From the NCBI GenBank assembly GCA_951406725.2, contig OX597818.1:67828001-67892000 (forward strand): DNA of 64,000 nucleotides, given 5' to 3'. The first letter of the stretch is position 1, and every line of letters begins with the position of its first letter. Shown in pieces: positions 40,944 to 55,132 of the stretch. The DNA comes from Octopus vulgaris (taxonomy: Eukaryota). Both the position numbers and the translations under genes were made by a program. The notes beneath the pieces are model-generated. The model was not told the DNA's origin and did not search any database. It saw only the letters and a list, made by a program, of their open reading frames with translations.

Positions 40944-42150
40944 GTAAGGTTTACAACTGACAGTTTGTATCTGTGTTGACATTGGCTGTTTTCATTGAAG
41001 GATATGCATTTATTTCTGTCTTATGTACGCAATAATTCTTCCTTTTTCTCTGTCGAGAGACAGCGTTGTAGCAAATTCTAAGGATTTGTTTATAAATAAG
41101 AAGAAAATTAGTTGTATATATTTTCCTTTATCTTCTGATTTGCCAAGAAAGAAAAGAGATGCCGACGGCTTTTGCTAGTTTTGTAAATCAGTAATAATTC
41201 CAATTCGGGGCCTGACAAGTTAAATATAGAATTCAAACAAGGACAATACGTGATGTTTATTTCCAGTTGTTAACACAAATGTACTTGTATAAATAAATGT
41301 ACAACGACAAGTCAACTGAAAGGTGAAAGAAAGGTTATGCTGTGGATATGGAATACGTAAGAATGTTTCTTATTCTTCTTATATTTCTTATTTGTGTGTT
41401 ATAATGCTCTAAAATGCTATGAAAATGTGCCTAAATACATTTAAGAAGCTGTCTTTTTTCATTTACATGCTAAAAGAGAAAGATTATGTCGTGAATGTAT
41501 ATGTGCACAGAAGGATAAAAACCTTTACCGTACAAAATGCCAGTCAAATGTATAGATATTTACTGGTGAAAAACCTATAGAGGTTATGATTTGTAAGGAT
41601 TTAGCTGCGATTAACAGAGATCGTGGAAAACACATGGCAAAATAATTGTCAAATACCAGAAGGGTGATAGTTGCCTAGATCCAATGAATGATGCCAAAGC
41701 AGAAAGAAAGAAAAGATAATTTAGTCGCTTTTATCTGTAGAGGGCTCGACTTTCATCTCTCAAAACAACACACGAGCGAAGGATGGACTAAAATGTCGGC
41801 TTTCTAAATTGGCCTTCCTTTAAGTGTCACTGCACTGCTACAAGTATTATTTGTGCAATTCTGGATGTTAAAGTTTAGTATGGCGCTGCTTTCTGCATCT
41901 TTATCTTATCTTAATTTGTGAACGACTTGCGGTGTGTCCATTACATTTCATCTTTCCTATTACACGATTATAAAGCGTGATTTAAAGATTTTGTTGCGTT
42001 CCCAGAAATTCAGACAAATAGAATTTCCTTTGCTGACACGTTGGAGATTAGATTTTTCATATGGCTGCTGTTTGGCATGATTTTTAAGAATTTACTAATT
42101 CAAAGTAGTGAAACATAGTCAAATGGGAAATTCTAGTTGTTTTGTTCCAG

Positions 42151-42765
42151 ATCAGAACTAATTGAGCAGATCTATAAATGTGCTTCAATCCTACTCGTAT
42201 TGCATTTTTATTCACATATGTATTATATAATGGGTTTCATTGTTCAACGAACTCTTGTTTTTGGAGACAGCAGAGTACGATCTGTGGAAGATTTGATTGC
42301 CGGATTTAATAAATCAAAGAGTCACATAGAAGTAGTTCCAGAAGCACCATTGAATAAGAAGTTTTATAAAATGTCAAATTTCTTCTAAGCTCTTTGAGAA
42401 GAACGGCTTGGAAGTTTTTGGCAAGCGGACGAAAAGCAAAGTAGGAGAAGGAGAAGACAGAGGAAGTGCATGAATATGTGAGGGAGATCGAGAGCAATGG
42501 CAACTAAATGAAACATGTTGAAGAAAACTGCACAACTGTGATGTGTTTAAACCGAGTGACGATCACTTTAGAAGATGTACGAGAATCAGATGACGGCAAA
42601 GTTTGTAATTGCCAGCTGAGAGAGGGAAACCGATTCTACCAGTTAAAATCTGGTTGTCTGTTAGATGGAGTTCAGTAGATTCACATCCATTACTGTATCA
42701 CAATGTTCCAAACTTTCCAGGGACTAATATATATTTATGTTCAATAAAATATCTACTAACGATAT
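42151..42765 (+). other. Candidate terminal exon with AATAAA at 42743-42748
   Basis: Acceptor ttgttttgttccAG. Splices in frame with 40852-40943 to the stop at 42386-42388. Confidence 0.35.
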
Positions 42766-43121
42766 GTTGTAATCTGTTTAATTAAGTCAAATCCTGATAA
42801 ATGAAAAGATTTTAGGCCTTCATCATTGTAATAATAGAATCAATTTAATTATCAAAGTTGTCTCCTAAACTTTGTCGACTGGCGCTGATTCCAGACACAA
42901 TCATCGTTAATATTAAATTCACAGGAATTGTTGAGAGGATACCAAGTTTGCGTCGCAAACTGGATGGCACGTTCGCTAAGGCTCTTTTACTATAGCTTTG
43001 TTTTGTAAGCGACAGTTTTGAAAACTAAAAGCTATCCTGTAAACGGTTTGAAGGCCAGTAATTGTTGTTGAGAAGTAAATATAATCTGCCACAAATTTTA
43101 AGATCAGTGCCTCGTCTTTGG

Positions 43122-43164
<43 letters not shown>

Positions 43165-43168
<4 letters not shown>

Positions 43169-43450
43169 CAATTATTCGGTTGCCACATTAAGACTCCGAG
43201 TTTCGGATGTCGGAGTGCAAACTTGCTCCGGCATCCCTTCAATTATATATATATTATATATTGATAGAAATGGTAAGAGAACAAAAGAATGAAAGAGACA
43301 TCGATATTTATCTGTAAATGTAATATGTGACAACTATTTGGTAGCCATGATAAAACACCGAGTCTCAGATATCGGGATGGATTTCGAACCCGACATCCGA
43401 AACTCGGACTTTTATCATGGCTACCGAATAATTGTAACATATTACATATA
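43165..43450. mobile_element. Palindromic Penelope-type terminal elements with hammerhead relic (43187-43246, minus)
   Basis: Minus strand: ataa tTGAAG ggatgccggag..ctccgacatcc GAAA ctcggag TC ttaat. A ~130-bp palindrome spans 43318-43448. Same family as 2424-2710. Confidence 0.75.
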
Positions 43451-43452
43451 CA

Positions 43453-43510
<58 letters not shown>

Positions 43511-43517
<7 letters not shown>

Positions 43518-45192
43518 TAGATAAACTTAGATATGTTTCGACCAATGATTGGTCCAGGCCTTGTCTAACTTAATAGCACCACCTGATAGGATTACTTGAA
43601 TCCTGTTTAAGTCAAGTTTTGTTTATGGTCTATTCAAGTAGTGAGTTTTTGTTGGGTGACTTGTATCCAATTATGGGTGGCTTATCTGGCATTCCTTGAA
43701 GGAATCTATCCAGACTCCGTTTAAAGTTGATGGGATCCTTTTCCTCTTTGATCCTTTTCGGGACAATGTTAAATAGGGCAGGGCCTGTTGAGGAAAAGAA
43801 ATTATGTTGTAGTGTACATATATGCTGTGATCCTGAATTGGGCAGGGGACGTATGGCCCGTGGTCCCAGTCTTGGATGAACCTTGAAGCTAACGTTCAGG
43901 TAGTTTGGGCAAAGTTGGCGGTATATTCTCCACATCGTACAAATGATGTACCGCTCACGGCGACGCTGAAGAGAGCAGAGTTTCAAGGCTTTAAGGTGAT
44001 CCCAATAATCGAGAGCAGCCATGCCTTCAATTCGTTTAGTGAGTGCCCTCTGGAGTGATTCAATCCTCGAGATGTTTTGTCTTGTATAGGGAGACCACAG
44101 TGGGCAGCAGTATTCGAGGTGTGGCCGTACAAAGGAGGAGAAAAATGGTATGATGATACCTTGTTCGCTGGACTGGAAAGTTCTTAAGATCCAGGAACTT
44201 ATCCTACGAGCTATATCGACCTTCTTGTTGATGTGTGCACTCCAACTGAGATCGTCATCAACAATTACACCCAGGTCTCTGATATTGTTAGAGGCTGTGA
44301 GCGGTTCCCCTGAAGGAAGAGATTATGGCTGTTTTAGTGAGGAATTTCTTCCAGAATGCATCAGCTCAAATTTTCCCTCGTTCCGTTGCATTTTGTTTCT
44401 GTCTGCCCATTGACTCACAGCATATAGATTAGACTGGAGTTGAGTTCGGTCTGCTTCTTCATTGACGATTTGCTGGAGCTTAGTGTCATCAGCAAATATT
44501 TTCATTTTGCAGTAATGTATGACACTGGAAAGGTCGTTTATGTAGATTATGAAGAGTAGCGGACCCAAGACAGTCCCCTGGGGGACACCGCTGGTGACTT
44601 TTGCTGGGCTTGAGTGGACTCCATCAACTACAATATATTGTGTTCTATTCGCCAGGAAATACTTGATCCAGTGTAGAACCTTTCCACGGATTCCAACATT
44701 TGCCAATTTTGAGAGTAGGATATTATGGTCTACCGTGTCGAACGCTTTACTGAAGTCAAGGTATATGACATCAGAGTTCGAACCTGTTCCCAAGGCTTTG
44801 AGTACATCTTCAATGTGGTGTAAGAGCTGTGTTAGACAGTCCCTGCCACAGCGAAAGCCATGCTGATTTGCATTTAGGAGTTTGTGGGTCTCCAGGAAGT
44901 CAGCTATCCTTGATCTTAACACTCTTTCAAACACTTTAATGATGTGGGAGGTGAGTGAGATTACGCGATAATTGAGTGCGAGGGATTTGTTTCCCTGTTT
45001 GAAAACCGGGATGACTGACTGGGATAGAAACTGTTTCGGTATATAACCTGCTTCTAACGAATTTCTCCAGAGGTTGGTCAGAGGGACTGCAAGTTGGTGT
45101 CCACATTCCTTCAGGAGACAAGCGGGGAATCTATCAGGGCCTACAGTAGAATAGTATTTGACCTTATTTATTGCTGCTATGATGTCAGTGGC
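43511..45192 (-). mobile_element. 5'-truncated CR1-clade LINE: reverse transcriptase, C-terminus and 3' UTR (pseudogenised)
   Basis: NYRVISLTSHIIKVFER, QHGFRCGRDCLTQLL, IYLDFSKAFDTVDH, SGVPQGTVLGPLLFIIYINDL, IFADDTK and LCSLQRRRERY motifs. Internal stops present. Tail (atctaagttt)x2. Confidence 0.96.
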
Positions 45193-45209
45193 ATATATAT
45201 ATATATGTG

Positions 45210-45243
<34 letters not shown>

Positions 45244-47133
45244 TGTATGTATCTATAAACCCCCATCATCATTTAACGTCCAAGTTTTATACTAGCATAA
45301 GCTGCATGGATTACATGGATTCACTGGCTCCAAAAAGTCCGAGGACCGTATCGTTCTCCATTGTCAACGTTGGCATGACTCCTATGCTTATATCCTCTAA
45401 TTTAAAGTCAACCACTTTACAGCGTGTACAACTTTTTCTATGACACTACCATGAGTGAGGTCGATATGTAACTTGCAAGATAAAGACTTCGATCGACTTA
45501 GTGGCGACAGGAGAAGAGAGTATGCGGCTAGGGAGAGGTTGTAGGATTTGAGAATGTGAGAGATAGATATAGGGAATATAACGAAGAATAAATGCTGAGG
45601 AATAATAAATAGGGGAGACTAAGGAAAGGTAGGTAACCATTATACGAAACGTGTGAGGTTGAGTGACAGATATAGTGAATGGTGGATAAGGGAGAGGAGG
45701 ACCAATGAATTGGGGAGGGGGATAAGAGTAGGGAATGACCGTCAGAAAAGGAAGAGGTTGAGCAGAATAACAACAGTGGTTCAGTAAGGAAGGAAACGAC
45801 GTGAGACGAAGAGTGAAAGAGAGATAGATGAAGTATGGTTGAGGTGCTAATCAATGTAAAATATTAATGGTGCGGTTATGAAGGTTTTTTTGTAACAAGG
45901 GAAATATTTCTGGGTAACCAACTGAGATGTCTATAATTGTAGGAGTAGTTTTGCATAGGTGGGTACTTACTAATCTTCGCTTGTAATAATAAGTTTTATG
46001 AACCCACATCTGGCCTAGAGGCAATATACGGCATGTGATGGTCGAACTAACTGAAAAGTAGTGTACTTGTAAATATTGTTAATATTCACTCTCTGAACGT
46101 AAGCAACCAGTAAATTTAAGATTTTAATTATCAAATAAAATAGCTATCAAGGATTTACTGGTGTCCATATTATTGACTTAACTTTATCTTCCATCCATTT
46201 TATTGGGGTTAATGGAATAAAGTGCATATCATCAAACTCCTGCTAACATAATTAATGTAGTGATTTAGAAAGAATTGCTAATGAAGTGAAAACACACCTG
46301 CAATCAAGAAGTGTCATTAGTATTAATAAGAATTCTTGTTAAGACAGTTAATGTGCGAGATCTCTGAAATTTAACTAGAGTAATAATTGTAGACGCGCAT
46401 TTTATTCAACACTGCTTCGTGCGACACTTGTTAATTAATTCCATTTTCACCAAGCTTTATGCCCGTCACCAAATATATATTCTTACATCAAAAACAGTTA
46501 TTCTTATATAAAAAATAATTACAAACGCAATTATTGGGTTGTAAATGACGGATTTGGTATCCTTAAATAATGATGTACAGCAACACAGAAATAGATGTGT
46601 CCTATGATTCAATGACGTCATTAATAGCCCAGTATGTTTTCACACATAACATCGATGAAGAGAATTTTCTCCTAAGAATATTTCTGCACCGAAAGGTTTT
46701 CTAACGACCACGTGTATACATGAATTCTTTAAGTATGATTATATAAACGTATATTTGATAAATTATTATATGGGGGTATACAGCGTGGAGTGAATTTGAA
46801 ATTTGGCGAATATACGACTTACATATTCCGTTCTTGTGATTTTATAATGCTTCCTCAGTGAAGAATAGTTTAACATGTAACTAGAAGTAGCCTACCAAGT
46901 ATAAGCTTAAGGACGGTTGTGTTGATTCAGAAAATCACATTACAACCACACTCTTTTGAGATCAATCTCTCCGCACTGAATTAAATTTCTGTGTCGTCTG
47001 TTGTAGCCTCAGTCTTAGCAAGAAATTACGGCTGGAATGTTCATGGCTGAAATGCATCGGGAACCTGAATACAAGGTTCCTAACCACAAACCTATGCCTC
47101 GTCTATTTACAAAGATGTGCGTGTTAAATTTAC

Positions 47134-47189
<56 letters not shown>

Positions 47190-47218
47190 GATAAAATTTT
47201 CATGTTGCGCCTAGCTAT

Positions 47219-47289
<71 letters not shown>

Positions 47290-47959
47290 GTAAAGAACTA
47301 GGCGCAATATAATACAATAAAAGGAAACGTTTATCGTCACTAAATATGACTGAGGGTTCTGAAGCTCCGATATTGCTAGAAATGAGAGTTAAAATCTCTT
47401 AATGTTGTAAAAAGATCGCAAGGTCATGGTGCGGTTACCTCAACTGTCAGTGTGTATGTATGTAAGAATGCATACATCTTTCAATAATATGTATCAGCAC
47501 ACAATGTTTACAAGGGCTGATCAAACTGAAAAAACTGTTACCTGTTAAACTAAACCTTTTTTTTTTCTGATATGCGTTCTGCACCGAATTACGTACACGT
47601 CCTTTCTATTGATGACGTCAGAAATATTGTCAATAGACGAAAAGTCCATCGGATGCTCGTAAACAACGAAGCTAGTATTTACCAAATTTCACCCCTTCAA
47701 GCTCATCTCTGGATGCACGCTTAAGGCCAAAACACTTCCTATCCTAATCAATCACCTTAAATAAAAAGAAATAGATCACTTGCAGTTAACTATTACCTTC
47801 ATGTCACCCCTCAGCATGAAAATATTCGAAAGGGTGCTAATTTAAAAAATTATTAAATAACTCTGCAATAACAATCTTCTAAATTCCAACCAGTGTCAGA
47901 ATCACTTTTAATGACCTTTTAATAAATTTGAAGATAGCTCGGCTGTTGTATATCTTGCT

Positions 47960-48255
47960 TTCGGAATGTTTCAAGATTTTTGCCGTAAGTCTTGATTTCA
48001 GGAAAATCCAAAACTGTTGCATTATATCATGACTTCAGCAAGGCTTTCAACAAATTCAAGCCCAACATTTTGCTGTTACAATTGTCCATAATTATAGTTA
48101 GAAGAAAGCTGCTGTATTGAATTTTAATTAAATACTTCCTGGTAAGCAGAACCCAACATGAAAATCATGCAATCTCCTGAAACCCAGCATACGCCATCAG
48201 TGTTGTCTTTCAAGGATTCCTTTTGGGTCAACTCCTCTTTATAGAATACATAAAG
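47960..48255 (+). mobile_element. Ancient CR1-type RT remnant
   Basis: IYHDFSKAFNK..NILLLQL..VVFQGFLLGQLLFIEYI, a decayed form of the motifs at 44520-44770. Confidence 0.7.
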
Positions 48256-48299
48256 AACACTTTAAAATAAAAATATTTACGTGGTTTTACAGAGGTGCT

Positions 48300-49075
48300 A
48301 TTTATCCTGTTATTCTAACGTTTGAAAAGGAAAGGGAAAGTAGCTTCCACATTTCGGACAGAAGTCCTTCAGAAAAACAAATAGTATAGAAAGGTGATGA
48401 TAATGATGGAAGAAAGAAGGAAGTTTAGGGGTCAGGTGGGAATGCGATTCTATGGGAAGGATTTAGAAAGAGAGGAAGAAGTGGGGTGTTGGGTACATGT
48501 CTAGAAGTGTATATGTGCAAAGAGATAGGCACAAGGGAAATGTGTTGGCGGTGTGGGGTAGAGGCGATCAGACTGGGGTGAGTGGAGTAGAATGGGAAGT
48601 AAATACAGCATGGGTGGCATGGAAAGAGAAAAAGAGAAGAAAAGGATGTATTAGGCGAGAAAAATACAAATAAGAAATAAACGTACAAGTTACAAAGTCG
48701 ATGAAAAGTGGGAAAAATGATAAAAGAATCTAGGAATAATATCCAAAGTCTAAATAGAAGGATTATATGGAAAGGAGATTAGAACAAGGTTGCTGTGGAG
48801 AAATATGAAAGGATTAAAAAGGAGAAAGAATTGTAAAAAGGATATAAAAAGTATCGTTATTAAAAAAAGGGTTTTATAAAAACGTTCTGAGAAAAGTTAT
48901 TTTACACAGATTGATGGGAAATTAATGGCCGACGTGAATGTATTGCTAAAATATAATAGAGATGATAAAGATGGGAAATTAATAGAACCAGAAAAGAATT
49001 GCATAGAGGAAGTGGAAACACGTGTTGCCAGGTCAAGTGTCAGTAGAAGGGAAAGTGATCTTAGTGGAGGATTTG
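48300..49075 (-). mobile_element. Probable Penelope-like 3' fragment with hammerhead relic at 48344-48376
   Basis: Minus strand: tttt CTGAA ggac ttct gtcc GAAA tg tg gaag (core shortened by 2 nt). Strand-asymmetric purine-rich body like 25462-26285. Confidence 0.4.
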
Positions 49076-49228
49076 TGGAGCGAGAGAGAGAGAGAGAGAG
49101 AGAGATGCGGAGAGGGAGAGATATGGTTGAGTTTAAGTGAAAAGCGAAACCAGGGAAAATAATTCTCAGTGTGTTAGCGTGTGTTTTTGTGTGTATGCGT
49201 GTTTGTATATAATTGCATGCGCATATAC

Positions 49229-49283
<55 letters not shown>

Positions 49284-49379
49284 ACGGGAAGGTATAGGAA
49301 AATAAACAAAAGACGAAGGCAGGTGGAGTACAAACAAACAATGTATAGTATGGCGCTGAGGAATAGAAATAAAACAAGT

Positions 49380-49415
49380 CTTTTACGTTTCGAGCCTACG
49401 CTCTTCGACAGAAAG
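49380..49415 (-). ncRNA. Minimal hammerhead motif, A6U core variant, in a short element at 49281-49415
   Basis: Minus strand: cttt CTGTCGA a gagc gtag gctc GAAA cg TA aaag. Stems I and II are perfect. Confidence 0.75.
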
Positions 49416-49559
49416 ATATATATATATATATATATATATATGCACGCATATATATATATATGCACACATATATATATATACATATATATACATATATATA
49501 TATATGTGTTAGTATGTGTTCTTCTGTGTCCATATATATATATATATATATGTGCGCGT

Positions 49560-49600
<41 letters not shown>

Positions 49601-51209
49601 TATGAGACTATGTCCATGTTTCTGTGTATAGCTGAAACACCCCTGTTCTGAAGATTCCCGTCAGTTGTTCAAAGTAGATTTTCTGAGCCTCCAAATTGAA
49701 TCCCTCTGTTGACAAATCAACAACTCAGTTCATCTTGTGGGCTAAAGATCCATTTTTTCCATATTCTCTTTAGTAATTTTTTAGTCCTTTGCATTGACCT
49801 TTATATAAACTGCATCCAGTTGTGAGGCTTCAGTTTGGGGATTTGTGGAGTTGTAAGGAGCGTGGAGTCACTTCTTAATTGCCCTTACTCTCAGGTCTCT
49901 TCTCAATCGGAACAGTAGTGCTTGTCAGGGTCAAATAGATTTCCCACGGGTAGAGACGGATCCCGTTATTTTTGACAAAGCCGTGGTAAAGGCGGATCTT
50001 CTCGGAGAAGTTTACTCTGACATAAATCTTTCAACCATAGAATAAGAGTCATCTTGCAATGCATGTCACTGGGACATTTTATGTCAACTGCGAGAGTGTC
50101 AAATGTATCGTACTAGCTTTTGTCACTTACATTCAATGGCGTATAGATGTTTTGACTATTGTTTCATTTCTTGATCCGTTTTGTATTTGAGAAAGTCTTA
50201 TGGAGATGGATGCATGGTACCTGTGCACATACAATGATGAATGCAAATCAGAACAATTGAGCTGAAGTAAGTAGTTTATCATATCACATAATGAGACAAT
50301 TATCATGTTTGTATGTATCATCCTTATTACCACCACCACCACCACTATTACTATAAACATCGTCGTCGTAGTCATCATTATTATTTAACGTCTTTTTTCC
50401 ATTAAACACTTCACTTCAGCTAGCTGGACACTATCTGGAGCGTCAGATTTGTTCATGTATTATTAATTTTCACGTCGGATTACAGTATATTAATCGCTTA
50501 TAGTAACTAAACATGCAACGAAGACCAGAAGCAAAAGTGTTGTCTTCTTTTCAAAGAAGGAACGTTGTGGATAGACTTAGTCAATGTAAGATTGCACCAA
50601 ACATTGGGATTTCTTATACAATCACACAGTGAACAGAGTGATTGTATAATTCACCAGCATAGGGAAAGCAATCCGCAGCATCCTGCGCAGTTCGACCTGG
50701 GTCTCCTTCGTAAGCCTCTGATGCGAGACAGAGAGAGACAGAGAGATGAGGTATGGGAGTGATCAATGTAAAGTTTTAGTAGAGAGGAGAGTATTGAGAA
50801 TGAAGGTTACGTAACTAGTGACATATTTCCAGGTAGCAAACTGAGGTGTCTATAATTGCAGCTGTGGTTTTGTAAACGTGGGCATCTAATGTCTTAGGGT
50901 TATAAAGGAGAGTGTTGGAAAGGATTTCCATTGTAAGGCAGCTGATGTTGCGGAACAACCCCAAATCGATCGGAGTACTTCTCTGAGGTTTCTCCATCAA
51001 CTTGGCTTTTATACCGGAGCATCTTAAAGGAAACCATTCTTTCAACCAGAAAATGTTGAAAGAAAAACGTAGCGGTCAAATGAGATGATACAGAGAAATG
51101 GAAGGTTTTGGGAAACGTTTATATTCTCGATTTGCATAATTTTCTGAAAGTGTGTGTGTATAGGTTTAGGGATTTCCAAATGAAAGGATTTAATTTAAAT
51201 CAATTGCAA

Positions 51210-51640
51210 CACAATGTGATACAACGCGTTTTATCATTGATGATGTGGTGAGGAATCTGGAGCAATGGTCGTTCAGAAATATACCTCAGTCCTTCGGAAA
51301 GGACTCCTGCCGATATTCTCCAGAATAGATGGTTAAAAAAACCCACATTTTTTATGGATAGTGATGTTCCATGTCACACAGGCAAATAGATTGGTAACTG
51401 ACAGGAGGAAAGATAGAATCAGGCGGGTTCCTTGGCTAAGCCAGTTTCCTCATATAAATACCATTGAACTCATTTGGGGGATAATGTGAAAAGAGCCACA
51501 CAAACAAGCATCAAGGGAAAATTTGTTCAACGTTGTGTGAAACCTAGGAAGAAATTCCACAGGTGACAATTTCTAAATTCCTTAGAATGAAGTCCGATTG
51601 AGTTAAATCATTCAAGCCTGCTCAAGGAATATCTATTTAA
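51210..51640 (+). mobile_element. Decayed Tc1 (DD34E-type) transposase C-terminus
   Basis: SLMMW*GIWSNG..KYTSVLRKGLLP..FMDSDVPCHTGK..IRRVPWLSQFPHINTIELIW. Confidence 0.7.
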
Positions 51641-51739
51641 AACCAGGTTAAGTATTTGAAATCAGTAAATGGCATCATTGTGTTTCTAGAAATGAATCCT
51701 TCAAAATTGATGGTGTCGTATGGTTTGAAAAATAACGCG

Positions 51740-52943
51740 TATATAGCTTCAGAAAAAAAACTATATTTTTATAAAAAATAACACAAACATAAAGCTAAAA
51801 TATCAATTTAATAATTTCATTCAATAAAACCACCATAAGCATCGATAACTGCCTCTACGTGGGGTTGAAATCGCTTGCAAGCTCGGATTAAGTGGTCCTT
51901 GTTCATATCGGATATGACTCGAACTATGGCGGCTTTCAAAGAATCATTAGTGACATGGGGCTGTTCATTGACATTTTTCTTAACGATACTCCATACAGAG
52001 TAGTCCAGTGGATTGAGATCTGGAGAATTAGGAGGCCAAATGTTTTGAGATGATGTGATCATGCAAATTGCTGGCCATCAATTCTTGTGTCATGTGAGCC
52101 TTGTGTGATGGTACAGAATCTTGCTGAAAGACATATGCCCTTCCATTGCATACGCTATTGATTCAAGGCTTAACAACTTTATCCAGAACCTCAATATACG
52201 CGGCAGCATTCACCCTAAAGTTTTGTTGAAAAAAGTAAGGGGGGATCACATATCCTTCATTGCTAACAACACTCAAAATCATGACATTTGCAGGAAATTC
52301 TGCGTCCTTTAGAACTTCAGAAGCGTCTGTACATAGCCATCTGTCATTTCTTTGTTAGTGTTCTGGTCCTGGTCAAAATGTATCTAGTGAGAAAAGCCAA
52401 ATCACACCATCTTCTGATGGATTTTAAAGTTAGTTCAAAAGTCTTTTGGATCTGATTAAACGGTTTACATTTGTTTTGTTTTTATTTTGTTTTTTCTGAC
52501 ATGACTTGACCTCACCGCATCACGTAATATTTGTATCTGATGTTTTCATGCACAACATTTCTGATTATTTTTTCTGACACACGAAATGTTTTGCAATCGA
52601 CCTCATTGATTTTCCCGGATATTCTTAAATATTTTGCTCAACTTCTTGAATAAATTCAGGAGCCTTGATAAAATCAGAGGGTTTTGAATTTTTTTTTAAT
52701 ACACTTCTATTTTCTTTCCCTAACTCACCGAAACTTGTGAACCAAAGATCTTGCAGCTTTCAGAAAACGAGAAACTATTAAATCACCATGTTTAGCTTTC
52801 ACAGCCACAATTAGAGCAAGCCTTTTCATTTAATTAGCAAGCATAGGGCCTGTCATTGTCATTTTCTGAAATAGAATTTCAGTGAAAATTAGTCAAATAG
52901 AATGGTTAAAAAAGCATGCGTCCTCAAATACTCTCCGCACCTG
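51740..52943 (-). mobile_element. Decayed maT/DD37D-like Tc1-mariner transposon
   Basis: N-terminus MKRLALIVAVKAKHGDLIVSRFLKAARSLVHK. FQQDSVPSHKA and WPPNSPDLNPLDYSVW...VEAVIDAYGGFIE* motifs. Terminus TA|CAGGTGCGG at 52943. Confidence 0.85.
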
Positions 52944-52945
52944 TA

Positions 52946-53006
<61 letters not shown>

Positions 53007-53752
53007 TACTGATCTGTTAAGGCAAGGAAGTACCCCATCCAGTGAGCAATAAATATTATTTGTTATACACGGCTTTACAATATGAGGTACAATTAATTTT
53101 TTGTCATTTAAGATGCAAAGCACATAATTAAAATCTAAGTACGTGTCTTAATAGCAAGACAATATTAGTAGCTCTTATTTTAATACAGGGTATATTAAAT
53201 ACTGTGTATGTGTATGTGTTTGTGTTTGTGTGTATGAAGGTACATTGACTTAGTGTTCAGAGTGTTGCACTCACAGTTGCATGATCGAATCTCAGACTAT
53301 CAGAGCACTGGATTACTGAGAAAAATACTTGAGCAATGCACATGAAATAATCTGCAGGAAACCAAAAAAACAAATAGGACACGGTATGCGGCGTATAACA
53401 GTTGAGCAAAATTTTTATTTTTTATTTTTATGATGAAAGAATTCTAATAACAAATTACTAGAGGCAAACTTTGATTCTATTAAACAACCTTCGTCTTTTA
53501 AATTAACTTATGCTCCAGGCACCAGCTTAATAACGATGTTTGTTTTACCAAATCCATCATTGCTTCTGAAATTAATTGAAACAAAGTGAAAATTTTCAGC
53601 TGAAAGTTTTCAATGAGGGAGTAAATATTTTTCCAAATATTCTCCACTCCTCCAAAATTTTAGAAATAAATATGAATAAATTCATCTTGTTTTTCTATAA
53701 ATTAATGAATTAAAAAGTGTTTACTAAATATCTAAATCTATAAAATAATAAA

Positions 53753-53811
<59 letters not shown>

Positions 53812-53814
<3 letters not shown>

Positions 53815-54225
53815 TTCAGCTTAACTTGAAAGTCAACAAAGTTTGAATTAGAAGCGTTGAGATGTACTGAAAGATACAGGCAAGGAAGTAATTTTATTCT
53901 CAAACGCAGGATTGTGATTATAATATAGCATGCACAGGATAAACCATCGATATCTTGCAGTAAAATCTGTCGGTGGGCAGCCATGAGACTCGAACTCATA
54001 TCTTTGTGATTACGATTCTAAAGCAAACTTTGTTGACTTTCAATGTAAGTTGAATATAACGAACGATAGCGTCTTATAAAACTAGATTTATATATCCTTA
54101 ATCTTGCTGAATAATTTGTCAGTGGGGGCAGTTTAACGCGTCATCACAGGGTTGTAAGTTCGAGCCTCATGACTGGCCGCCGACCGATGTTTCTGCAAGA
54201 TATGGATCGTTTATTCTGTTCCCAT
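53812..54225. mobile_element. Element with two interleaved inverted-repeat pairs and a tRNA-like B box
   Basis: 53814-53856 pairs with 54013-54055, and 53934-54011 pairs with 54142-54219. The second pair contains taagttcgagcctc. Confidence 0.7.
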
Positions 54226-54269
54226 TATATTATTAGCATTATCATGCGTTTGAAAATAAGATTATGTTC

Positions 54270-54312
<43 letters not shown>

Positions 54313-55101
54313 GGTTGAAAAGCTAGTGGGCTGTTATGTAGATGTGTATATGCACATGTATGCAAGCAAATGGATATGAAACTAAACAGATATCCATGAG
54401 GATGGATAGGTACATTGGTAATATGAACAGACAATCACACATACGCAAATGAAGACTGAAACCCATGACAATATACACATTTCATTTCACACAAGGGACT
54501 CATATGGAGACTCATCCATACATATAGACACAGTACATAGTCACAAAGACCATCACACATAGAAACGCTCAGACATGCACACACAAGGAGACAGAGGTAG
54601 ATGCAAACACATGAATATGCAGAATACACATGTACATACGCGCACACATACAAGCATACACCCACATTTACATCCATCAATATATACATACATCTATATG
54701 CGAACACACTGACCCACACACATGCGCAGAAACAAACAAAAAGAATGCAATTCGGATAACGAAGGGAGTCAACGACTACTGAAAAGGTTGCAAGACGCAA
54801 CGAAAAATAAATAAGTAAATAAGTGGAAACTGAACCAGTGAGTGTGTCAAATAATAAGACACTAAAAGAGAATGACTTTCTCCAGACACAACAAAATATA
54901 CATTTATAGATAGCTATATGTAAATGAGTGTATGTGTGGGAATATGTGTGTATTTGGAGTGTAAATGGTTTTGTTAGATCAAGTTGTATTTTATCAAAAC
55001 CGAAATCGCCCATACACACATACACACATATACACACACATACATCACCACATATATATATATATATATATACAAACACACACGCACACACACACACACG
55101 A

Positions 55102-55132
<31 letters not shown>

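Noticed and set aside
43525-43560. CR1 3' end (minus strand) gaccaatcattggtc-GAAACATAT looks like half a hammerhead
   Set aside because: No CUGANGA precedes the hairpin. It is better explained as the CR1 3'-terminal stem-loop.
46611-47620. Two full CRE palindromes (TGACGTCA)
   Set aside because: One or two occurrences of an 8-mer in 64 kb are expected by chance, and there is no other promoter evidence.
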